From Marispirochaeta sp. (lineage in GTDB: Bacteria > Spirochaetota > Spirochaetia > JC444 > Marispirochaetaceae), in contig CAXXFF010000001.1 in the NCBI GenBank assembly GCA_963676835.2, positions 192,001-256,000 of the forward strand: 64,000 nt of DNA, read 5' to 3'. Shown here piece after piece: positions 20,954 to 29,013 of this stretch. Within the stretch, counting starts at the first letter, position 1, and each line of letters begins with the position of its first letter. The notes under the pieces are model-generated. The model ran no database searches. It was not told where the DNA came from and saw nothing but the letters and a program-made list of their open reading frames with translations. A program made the translations under genes and the position numbers.

Positions 20954-21700
20954 CTATTGCAAATACCCTGATAGTGCAAGCATGGTGGTAAACTTTTCAC
21001 TTCCTTCTCTCCGGAAGGAGCCGTATTGACCGCTGCATCGGGTACACTCGTTGAAGGAATACCAGTTGCCAACCCCCAGACTCTCTGCGATGGAGGCATT
21101 TGCATGAAGCAATGAAAGGTACAGCCTGCTGCCGTCGTTCCGGACAGCATCATTCCCCCACAACTCTGCAAAAAGACGGTAACGTTCTTCATCTACTGCA
21201 TAGCAGCAGCTGCCGATGGACGGTCCGAAAAGCAGAAAAATATCCTCCGGCCGGCTCCCCTGGTCAAACAGTTTTTTTATACTGTTTTTTAAAATACCCG
21301 TACCTTTCCAGCCTGAATGGAGTAATCCGAAGGAGCCGCTTCTTACTTCCAGGATATAGATCGGCATACAATCCGCAACGGTTACCGACAGAAAACCCCG
21401 GGAGGAAGGATGAAGGATGCCGTCTCCCTCTTCAATGGGTGGATACTGAAGGGTTCCAGCATGAGCTGAAAGCACTTTACGTGTATGGGTCTGCAGGAGA
21501 TTATGCACTTTGCCCCCGGGAATACCCAGTAAATCAAACCATAAAGCCCTGTTTGATGGCCCATCCGGAAACTTCCAGGACATGGTTCCGGCATCTTTAA
21601 GACTGAGATACATACGAAACTTTTGTTCTGTAACATCGGGAAACCTGAATTCCAGGTAAGTATCATGCCGGATAACGCAGGACTCAGGCAGACGCGGCAT
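20954..21700 (-). CDS. YfiH/PgeF family (laccase-domain, purine nucleoside phosphorylase-like) protein
   Basis: QTH, ADCMPI, HSGWKG, GPSIGSCCY, CT..SFRR motifs. Confidence 0.85.
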   Translation of the reverse strand: MPRLPESCVIRHDTYLEFRFPDVTEQKFRMYLSLKDAGTMSWKFPDGPSNRALWFDLLGIPGGKVHNLLQTHTRKVLSAHAGTLQYPPIEEGDGILHPSSRGFLSVTVADCMPIYILEVRSGSFGLLHSGWKGTGILKNSIKKLFDQGSRPEDIFLLFGPSIGSCCYAVDEERYRLFAELWGNDAVRNDGSRLYLSLLHANASIAESLGVGNWYSFNECTRCSGQYGSFRREGSEKFTTMLALSGYLQ

Positions 21701-23399
21701 ACCGTTCCTCCAGGCGAATCATTGCCGCAAGTATCCGCACCGCTTCATTCAAGGTAATCGATGCGGAGTTGAGATCCTTCATAAACTGATCATTATTTCG
21801 TCCGCCCATGTATCCGATATTGGAGAGACTGTCAAATCGCCCACCTTTTTCACCATGAAGGATTCCATTCAAAACAGCACCGAGCATCCGGAGAAGCTCC
21901 AAACCGGCAATAAGGGTTGCCCCTGCCCGACGATCAGCTTCTGCGCTGACAGCTGCAATCTTTTTCCTGCGTATATACGACGGCAGAGATTCAGCCTCCA
22001 GCGCGGCAAGCTGCATTCCACCGGATCCCCGGGGTGACAGGAAATCACTGGCATCTTTAATTTTCTCTTTCAGCTGACTGAGACCATTGTATGCTTCCGA
22101 ATAATCCTCGCTGTTCTGGGCTTTATAAAATTCGCCATCAATAAGAACCTGCTTCAGAACAATATTGTGCCGACCGCCAAGAAGAAATTCGGCAAAGGCA
22201 TTGAGAAACCCCAGAGAGACAATGTGGTTCAGATCCAATGGTACTGTATGCACCTCCTGCCGGTAATACGGCAGTCGCGGAAGCTGATCAAGCCCCAGAG
22301 TTTCAGCTGCTTCTGACTCCAGATCGCGGTATTCGCGGTCAATAAGAAAACGCTTCACTTCGCCTCTAAGACGCCTTTTCCAGTATGAACGGACCAGCGA
22401 AGACCAATCCTCTCCGGCAGTTACCGGTTTGAGATACACATTGGCTTTTTCAGTTGCCAGCCTCAACAGGTCAAAAAGCGGGACATTACGATTGAACTGT
22501 CTCATTATACGTACGGTATCCCTGGCCTGTGTCATATCTGTTTTAACCTGACCAAAAAGGTGATCAAGATCTTCATTCTCATCGTTTATGCGGCTGATTA
22601 TAAACAGGGCTTCAAGAAAACCGGCGGAGGGTAAGTGGGTCATACTCATAAAGATTCGGGTAAGCTGCTGAATATCATCTGCAAGAACGGAAGCTGCACA
22701 TCCCTGATCAACCTGCTTTCCGTATCTGCCTATCATCTTATCGAAGGGAAACCAGGTAAGCTCGTGAAGGATTTGAAAGAAACTGGCATCCCGGGAGAGA
22801 AGGCCTCTTTCTTCGGGGGTCATTTCCAGAAGAAAGTCTTCAAAACGGCCGATAACCACCCGGCTCAGTTCCTTTTCAGAAGGAAGCTTACCTTCCACTG
22901 AGGTCACAAACTGTTCGATCCGGCACAACTGACGAACCCTTGATTCGATTTCCGGTAGTTCCCGGTGCATCACAAAGGCAAAGATTTCCTCTTTTCGTTC
23001 AACACTTATGTTGACCATTACCTCTCTGAATACATTTACAGCCTTTTTCAGATTCTTGATTTCCAGAAGAAAAGCAGAATGGATTCTTTTACCGGGAAAA
23101 TCATAAAGACCTGGATAAACATCCTCCAACCTACTGTATATTCCCTTCATTACTGCGGACTCAATAAGCTGTATACGTGTCTTGCTGGTAAAAACAGTAC
23201 GAAAAAAAATAAGCAACTTCCGGGGGAAGCTGAATCCTGCATATTCTGTTTCGAGGTTTACCGGTGCAGGATCTTCATTGGAGGAATGGACCGGTTCTGT
23301 TTCAGTCTCCATCAGTTCGGTAAGCCTGTTGAGCATTTCCGCCCGTTCACCCTCGGAGAGTTCCAAAACCAACTGATCAAACACCGAACCTGACTGCAT
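21684..23399 (-). CDS. Conserved spirochaete hypothetical protein (DUF5312-like, helical)
   Basis: 571-aa ORF with its own promoter; FDQLV.ELS..ER..ML N-terminus, GEDW and LIDGEFY segments. Family assignment from memory only. Confidence 0.6.
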   Translation of the reverse strand: MQSGSVFDQLVLELSEGERAEMLNRLTELMETETEPVHSSNEDPAPVNLETEYAGFSFPRKLLIFFRTVFTSKTRIQLIESAVMKGIYSRLEDVYPGLYDFPGKRIHSAFLLEIKNLKKAVNVFREVMVNISVERKEEIFAFVMHRELPEIESRVRQLCRIEQFVTSVEGKLPSEKELSRVVIGRFEDFLLEMTPEERGLLSRDASFFQILHELTWFPFDKMIGRYGKQVDQGCAASVLADDIQQLTRIFMSMTHLPSAGFLEALFIISRINDENEDLDHLFGQVKTDMTQARDTVRIMRQFNRNVPLFDLLRLATEKANVYLKPVTAGEDWSSLVRSYWKRRLRGEVKRFLIDREYRDLESEAAETLGLDQLPRLPYYRQEVHTVPLDLNHIVSLGFLNAFAEFLLGGRHNIVLKQVLIDGEFYKAQNSEDYSEAYNGLSQLKEKIKDASDFLSPRGSGGMQLAALEAESLPSYIRRKKIAAVSAEADRRAGATLIAGLELLRMLGAVLNGILHGEKGGRFDSLSNIGYMGGRNNDQFMKDLNSASITLNEAVRILAAMIRLEERYAASA

Positions 23400-23405
23400 T
23401 GCATT

Positions 23406-23434
23406 ATTCTAGAGTTTTGATTCCCCCCGGTCAA
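23406..23434 (-). promoter_or_regulatory. Putative sigma70 promoter (leaderless) of the 571-aa gene
   Basis: TTGACC-17nt-TAGAAT-6nt-ATG, no SD. Confidence 0.62.
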
Positions 23435-23456
23435 GCTGGTTTTTTTACGATTATTC

Positions 23457-23485
23457 TTGACAATCCCTGTCGGATGGAGTATTCA
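23457..23485 (+). promoter_or_regulatory. Putative sigma70 promoter of the ilv leader
   Basis: TTGACA-17nt-TATTCA (imperfect -10), 6 nt before the leader ATG. Confidence 0.5.
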
Positions 23486-23491
23486 ATTAGC

Positions 23492-23572
23492 ATGTCTTTT
23501 GTAATTATCAGCCTAATTAGCGTCCTCGTGATTATTATCGGTGCCTCAGCACCGCAGGGGGAAATCGCCTAG
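23492..23572 (+). CDS. ilv operon leader peptide (IlvL-like, 26 aa)
   Basis: MSFVIISLISVLVIIIGASAPQGEIA*: 7 Ile, 3 Val, 2 Leu (including rare CTA); followed by a terminator and then ilvB. Confidence 0.88.
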   Translation: MSFVIISLISVLVIIIGASAPQGEIA

Positions 23573-23595
23573 GCTTTTAACAAGCGCTATACCAG

Positions 23596-23628
23596 GCCGT
23601 TCTTCCTCCGGGGAGAGCGGCTTTTTTT
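23596..23628 (+). terminator. Attenuator terminator of the ilv leader
   Basis: GCCGTTCTTCC-TCCG-GGGAGAGCGGC followed by T7. Confidence 0.85.
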
Positions 23629-23873
23629 ATACCCCGCGTACCGCAGGGCCGCAGGCCCGAGGAACGCGGGGGGACAAGTGCGGCTTTGCGAAGCAAAACG
23701 CACGGTCCATAGCGTACCGCAGGTACGGAGTACCGAGGAACGCGGGCCGAGAACGTATCGCAGGGGCTGCGCCCCGAGAAACGTGCGGGGGCGCAGCGTT
23801 AAAGCGCGGAGCGGACAAGTGCGGCTTTGCGAAGCAAAACGCACGGTCCATAGCGTACCGCAGGTACGGTATA
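23628..23873. repeat. REP/MITE-like hairpin-mosaic element containing a perfect 57-bp direct repeat
   Basis: 23672-23728 is identical to 23813-23869; multiple hairpins; ends TATACC...GGTATA. Confidence 0.8.
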
Positions 23874-23906
23874 GCAGAGTGTACACCAACTGCATAAGGA
23901 GAAGTT

Positions 23907-25646
23907 TTGACCGGTTCACAGACAGTAGTAGAAGTACTGAAAAAAGAGGGAGTCGACACCATCTTCGGTTACCCTGGAGGGGCAGTAATACCTCTTTTTG
24001 ATGCTTTATATAATGAAGACTCGATTAATCTTGTTCTTACCAGGCACGAACAGGCAGCGGTCCATGCTGCCGACGGGTACGCCCGCTCCACAGGAAAAAC
24101 AGGGGTGTGCATTGTTACCAGCGGCCCTGGAGCAACCAATACCGTAACCGGACTTGCCACAGCCAATTTCGATAGCGTGCCTGTGGTATGTATCAGCGGC
24201 CAGGTCCCCCGACAGATGATCGGCAACGATGCCTTTCAGGAGGCCGATACGGTGGGGATAACCCGTCCGGTAACCAAGCACAACTATCTGGTAACAGATC
24301 CCGGTAAGCTTGCAGGCACTTTGCGGGAGAGCTTTCTTATTGCTTCAACCGGCAGACCCGGTCCTGTAGTGGTTGATATACCAAAAGATATCTTTACCTC
24401 TGAACAGCCGGGGAAGTTGCCTGAAAACGTATCCATCCGCGGATACAGGCCATCTCCTCCCCTGGACAGGAAGAATGCGGCAAAAGCGGCAGAAGCTCTG
24501 AACAATGCAGAACGTCCCCTGATCTTCGCAGGTGGAGGAACACAGATTTCAGGATCTGCGGATGCCCTTGACCGCCTTCTGAAAAAGACTAAGGCCCCAC
24601 TTATTACAAGTCTGATGGGAATCGGCATTACTTCCGCAAATGATCCACGCTATCTGGGGATGCTGGGCATGCACGGCAGTTATGCGGCAAATATGGCAGT
24701 ACAGAATGCTGACCTTATCCTCGGCATAGGTGTTCGGTTTGACGACCGGGCCACCGGGGATCTGTCCCGCTTTGCCCCGGAGGCAAAGATTGTACATATT
24801 GATATTGATCCAACCGCCATCGCCCGCAATGTTCCCGTAGAAATACCAGTGGTAGGAGATGCAACAGAGGCAATTGAGGAAATCCTTAAAACCGTAAGGG
24901 GAGAAAAATCCTACAAATCATGGTGGGAAACTATTGAGGGCTACCGTAAATATTACAGCAGCACCCTCTCCACCGATTCAACCCTGAAAAATATGAATCC
25001 GGAGAATGTTATAGCGTTACTGGGAAAAACCTTTCCCGATGCTGTAGTGGCAACAGAGGTCGGCCAGAACCAGATGTGGGCAGCCCAGTATTTCCCCTTC
25101 ACAAGCCCCAGAAGCTTTCTTACCTCCGGAGGCCTGGGCACCATGGGATACGGCTTTCCCGCGGCCATGGGGGCACAGGCCGGAAATCCCGGCAGGAGAG
25201 TGCTTACCATAGCCGGGGACGGTTCCATTCAGATGAATATTCAGGAACTTGCAACAAGCGTCATCGAGCAGTATCCGGTTATTATAGCTATATTGAATAA
25301 TGGTTATCTCGGAATGGTACGACAGTGGCAGGAGATGTTCTGCGAAAAACGTTATGCGAAAACCTGCCTGCAGAGAGTAAAATCCTGCCCGCCGGACTGC
25401 AGCAGCCCCGACGGATCATGTCCCGTATACATACCCGACTTTGTTGCTCTGGCAAAGGCATATGGAGCGGAGGGATTCAGAGCAAGCACCATGGAGGAAG
25501 CCGCGGAGGTAATCGGTAAAGCAGCGGAAATAGATGACAAACCGGTTATTCTGGACTTTATCATTCCCCGGGAAGAAAATGTCTGGCCCATGGTTGCACC
25601 AGGCGCCGCACTTCACGAAATGACCGGCAAAGGAGGCGCTCTGTGA
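23907..25646 (+). CDS. ilvB: Acetolactate synthase large subunit
   Basis: FGYPGGA, RHEQ, TSGPGATN, GDGSIQMNIQEL..NNGYLGMVRQWQ; TTG start with AAGGAG SD. Confidence 0.96.
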   Translation: MTGSQTVVEVLKKEGVDTIFGYPGGAVIPLFDALYNEDSINLVLTRHEQAAVHAADGYARSTGKTGVCIVTSGPGATNTVTGLATANFDSVPVVCISGQVPRQMIGNDAFQEADTVGITRPVTKHNYLVTDPGKLAGTLRESFLIASTGRPGPVVVDIPKDIFTSEQPGKLPENVSIRGYRPSPPLDRKNAAKAAEALNNAERPLIFAGGGTQISGSADALDRLLKKTKAPLITSLMGIGITSANDPRYLGMLGMHGSYAANMAVQNADLILGIGVRFDDRATGDLSRFAPEAKIVHIDIDPTAIARNVPVEIPVVGDATEAIEEILKTVRGEKSYKSWWETIEGYRKYYSSTLSTDSTLKNMNPENVIALLGKTFPDAVVATEVGQNQMWAAQYFPFTSPRSFLTSGGLGTMGYGFPAAMGAQAGNPGRRVLTIAGDGSIQMNIQELATSVIEQYPVIIAILNNGYLGMVRQWQEMFCEKRYAKTCLQRVKSCPPDCSSPDGSCPVYIPDFVALAKAYGAEGFRASTMEEAAEVIGKAAEIDDKPVILDFIIPREENVWPMVAPGAALHEMTGKGGAL

Positions 25647-26146
25647 AACATACAATTTCCCTGCTGGTGGAAAACCACGAAGGCGTGCTCTCCCGTATTT
25701 CAGGCCTTTTTTCAGGCCGCGGCTATAACCTTGAAAGCTTTACCGCAGGCCCTTCTACAGATCCGACCATTTCCCGTATTACCCTGGTATGCGGAGGAGA
25801 TGATCAGATAATAGATCAGATAAAAAAACAGCTGAACAGACTTATCGATGTTATCGAAGTCACTGATCTGACGGCAAGCCCCAAGGTTGACCGTGAACTG
25901 GCGCTGGTCAGGGTTGCCGCCAAGAGCGGCGAACGGGCCGAGCTTTTTCAGGTGGCAGAAATTTTCAGAGCCAGGATTATGGATGTGGCTACCGAATCGG
26001 TAATGCTGGAACTAACCGGAGCACCGGAAAAAATAGATGACTTTATTGCCCTTTTAGACAAAGACTCGATCCTTGAGTTTGCCCGGTCCGGAATGGTTTC
26101 CATGGCCAGGGGAACAAAAACACAGGGCACAGAAGCAAAGGATTAA
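25643..26146 (+). CDS. ilvN: Acetolactate synthase small regulatory subunit
   Basis: ACT domain LVENHEGVLSRISGLFSGRGYNLES, KQLNRLIDV, RELALVRV. Confidence 0.95.
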   Translation: MKHTISLLVENHEGVLSRISGLFSGRGYNLESFTAGPSTDPTISRITLVCGGDDQIIDQIKKQLNRLIDVIEVTDLTASPKVDRELALVRVAAKSGERAELFQVAEIFRARIMDVATESVMLELTGAPEKIDDFIALLDKDSILEFARSGMVSMARGTKTQGTEAKD

Positions 26147-26158
26147 ACGGAGGAAAAT

Positions 26159-27721
26159 ATGGCAAAGGTAATTATTTACGATACAACACTCAGGGACGGC
26201 ATGCAGGGCATAGAGGTCAGTTTTACCCTGCAGGATAAGATTAAAATAGCTCATGCCCTGGATGATATCGGGGTTGACTATATCGAAGGCGGCTTTCCTC
26301 TTTCCAACGACAAGGAAGAAGCCTTTTTTGAACAGGTCAAAAAAGAGTCCTTCAATCACGCAAAAATAGTCGCCTTCGGATCCACCCGCAGGGCCGGAAA
26401 AAAGGTAGAGGAAGATTCACACATTCAGGCCCTCTTGAATGCAGAGACCGAATCCGTAGTGGTTGTGGGAAAAACATGGAAAGCCCACGTGGAAAAGGTT
26501 CTGCGCACCGACCTCAAGGAAAACCTGGATATGATCAGGGACTCCGTTTCCTATCTGAAGAAACACGGCCGGGAAGTAATCTTTGATCTGGAACACTTTT
26601 TTGACGGCTATAAAAATGACCCTGCCTATGCAATGGAAGTGCTGAAAGCAGGATCCGAGGCAGGGGCAGACTGTCTGGTTATGTGTGATACCAATGGTGG
26701 AATTCTTCCACACCAGGTTGATCAGTTTATGAAGGAAATTCAGCAGCATGAGCTTGCACCACTGGGTGTCCACTTTCATGACGATTCCGGCGTTGCCACC
26801 GCCAACAGCCTGACAGGAATCCAGAACGGAGCCATCCATGTGCAGGGAACCATTAACGGCTGGGGTGAACGCTGCGGAAACGCCAACCTCTGTGTGGTTG
26901 TACCCAATCTGGTGCTGAAATGCGACCACGAAATCTATATGGCTGAAAATCTTGAGAACCTTACATCTCTAAGCCGTTTTGTGGCGGAAAAAGCCAACAT
27001 AATTCCTGAAAAGCGTCAGCCCTATGTTGGTGTTGCGGCATTCAGCCATAAAGCAGGTCAGCACGCGGACGTTATTGCCAAGGCTCCTGAACTTATGGAG
27101 CATATAGACGGAGCTAAAGTTGGTAACGAACGGAAGGTACTGCTCTCCGAACTGGCTGGAAAATCTTCGGTCCTGCCCAAGCTGGCAAAATATGGAGACT
27201 ACAACCGCAATTCTCCTGAGGTTCTGGCCCTTACCAGAAAATTGAAAGAGCAGGAAAATCTGGGTTACGAATACGAAGCTGCAGAAGCCTCTTTCGACCT
27301 GATTGTCCGCAAAGAGCTTGGACAATACAAGCCCCTGCTTTCCCTGGACAACTACCATCTGGAAAGCTATAAAACCGGGGATACCATGTCAAAGACTGTG
27401 GGCAGAATGTTCCTGAGAATCGATGACAAACAGGTAATGGGAGCAGGCGTGGGAATCGGTCCGGTAGAAACCCTGGATTCCGCGTTACGGGATGCCCTTC
27501 TCCCCTTCTTTCCCTTTATCGAGAACATCTCCCTGATTGACTACAAGGTACGGGTACTGAATCCTCAGGAGGCGGCGGCATCCAAGGTTCGGGTTTTTAT
27601 TACCTCTACGGACCACAAGAACAACAGCTGGGATACTGTAGGGGTTTCGGAGAACATTGTAGAAGCCTCATGGGAAGCCATCGTGGAGAGCTTCGAGTAC
27701 TACTATAACAACTTCGCTTAG
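26159..27721 (+). CDS. cimA: Citramalate synthase (CimA type of the LeuA family)
   Basis: DTTLRDG, AFGSTRR, GKTW, DLEHFFDGYK, CDTNGG, GTING.GERCGNANL, W.TVGVSENI.EASW. Confidence 0.85.
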   Translation: MAKVIIYDTTLRDGMQGIEVSFTLQDKIKIAHALDDIGVDYIEGGFPLSNDKEEAFFEQVKKESFNHAKIVAFGSTRRAGKKVEEDSHIQALLNAETESVVVVGKTWKAHVEKVLRTDLKENLDMIRDSVSYLKKHGREVIFDLEHFFDGYKNDPAYAMEVLKAGSEAGADCLVMCDTNGGILPHQVDQFMKEIQQHELAPLGVHFHDDSGVATANSLTGIQNGAIHVQGTINGWGERCGNANLCVVVPNLVLKCDHEIYMAENLENLTSLSRFVAEKANIIPEKRQPYVGVAAFSHKAGQHADVIAKAPELMEHIDGAKVGNERKVLLSELAGKSSVLPKLAKYGDYNRNSPEVLALTRKLKEQENLGYEYEAAEASFDLIVRKELGQYKPLLSLDNYHLESYKTGDTMSKTVGRMFLRIDDKQVMGAGVGIGPVETLDSALRDALLPFFPFIENISLIDYKVRVLNPQEAAASKVRVFITSTDHKNNSWDTVGVSENIVEASWEAIVESFEYYYNNFA

Positions 27722-27745
27722 TCAGCAAACTACCATTCATATAAC

Positions 27746-27783
27746 AAAACCCTTCAGTATTCATCACACTGAAGGGTTTTTTC
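27746..27783 (+). terminator. Intrinsic terminator after cimA
   Basis: AAAACCCTTCAGT-9nt-ACTGAAGGGTTTT followed by further T's. Confidence 0.85.
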
Positions 27784-27928
27784 TTTTCCTACCCACTTTT
27801 CAACCAAGAAAAAGAAACATAGGAATCCTGATAACCCGTGCCCCATGACTTTTATCACTGCCGGCAATGACATTTGGCACTTCTTAAAGCCGCAGCCCGA
27901 AGATACCCTAAGGGGAAGTGAGGATTAT

Positions 27929-28885
27929 ATGAATTTCAATGCTTTGACAAAAAGACCTTTTAAAGAACGGATGAAAAACACCGCCTACCTGCTGCGGAAC
28001 TCTTTTACGGTTATCGGAAAAGATGAGGATATAAAAACGCCTATTATCCGTATGGCAGTGTGGACGGTAATTACACGGCTGCTTTTTTTTGCATCCCTTC
28101 TGCCAATCTTAACGGCTTCCCTGCATCAAAATATCGGACTTATTGCCCTGTCGGTTCTTTTCTGGATTTTTATGCTGGTGGTGATAGTACCCTTAAGATT
28201 TTTCTACGATACCAGGCAGAGGGGAAATGTCTGCTGGATAGTTTTCAACACCATCTGCGGCAAGGATATAAGCTATACAGACGCGGTGAAACACACAAAA
28301 GGGGCAAAAAAAACTCTGCGCATCCTCGGTTTAAGCGATCTTGTTATACGTTATGCCAAAATGTTCAACAAAGAGTCCGGTTTTCTTATTAACCTGCTCC
28401 TTGGGTTTCTTGAAGAAGTATGGGATCTTATCAGTAACTTCCTTATTCCCGCAGTGCTGATTGAATCGAAACCGGTCAAAGAGATTGTTCCGGACCTTAA
28501 ATCACTCAAAAATAACGTTCCAGCCACCCTCACCGGTGTATTCGGCATAGATTTTGCCGGAGGTGCAGTGAAATCACTGATATGGGGAATCTCATTTCTG
28601 TTGATTATTATATCCGCTGCAGCAGGATGGCTGCTTACCTTTGTTACAAGCTTCGGAACCATTACTTTCGCCGGCAACGCCCCTTTCAGCATTAACTGGA
28701 TACCGGTGTTTCTTACAGTTATGCTGGTTTCTATTCTTCTGGGTATTGCATCACGGCTGGTGGAATCCATCAAGATTATCTACTTTACTATTTTTTACAC
28801 CTCAGTACAGAAACCTGACCAGCTTTCAGAAGATATAAAAGAGGAACTTACCGGGTACCTGAACTTCGGAGAAAGCAAAGCGTAA
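27929..28885 (+). CDS. Integral membrane hypothetical protein
   Basis: Several hydrophobic segments; start set at ATG 27929 (GAGG SD); family not recognised with confidence. Confidence 0.75.
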   Translation: MNFNALTKRPFKERMKNTAYLLRNSFTVIGKDEDIKTPIIRMAVWTVITRLLFFASLLPILTASLHQNIGLIALSVLFWIFMLVVIVPLRFFYDTRQRGNVCWIVFNTICGKDISYTDAVKHTKGAKKTLRILGLSDLVIRYAKMFNKESGFLINLLLGFLEEVWDLISNFLIPAVLIESKPVKEIVPDLKSLKNNVPATLTGVFGIDFAGGAVKSLIWGISFLLIIISAAAGWLLTFVTSFGTITFAGNAPFSINWIPVFLTVMLVSILLGIASRLVESIKIIYFTIFYTSVQKPDQLSEDIKEELTGYLNFGESKA

Positions 28886-28957
28886 GAACCTGTTTATATA
28901 AATATTAAGTTGCATCAACATATTTACATATTCCAATTACAAAAATTCCTGTTGCAC

Positions 28958-28996
28958 AAAAAAAGGCTGCAGTTCGTCATGAACAGCAGCCTTTTT
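28958..28996. terminator. Bidirectional terminator between the membrane-protein gene and carB
   Basis: AAAAAGGCTGC..GTTC-GTCAT-GAAC..GCAGCCTTTTT with A/T tracts on both sides. Confidence 0.82.
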
Positions 28997-29013
28997 GTTT
29001 ACTATGGGGATAA

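Noticed and set aside
23672..23869. CRISPR array
   Set aside because: Only two 57-bp repeats, with an 84-bp spacer itself built from repeat words; no cas genes in the window
23541..24001. Four overlapping ~110-aa ORFs with repeated peptides (DKCGFAKQNARSIAYRRYG)
   Set aside because: Products of the GC-rich, stop-poor repeat element; no RBS, and they overlap the attenuator or ilvB
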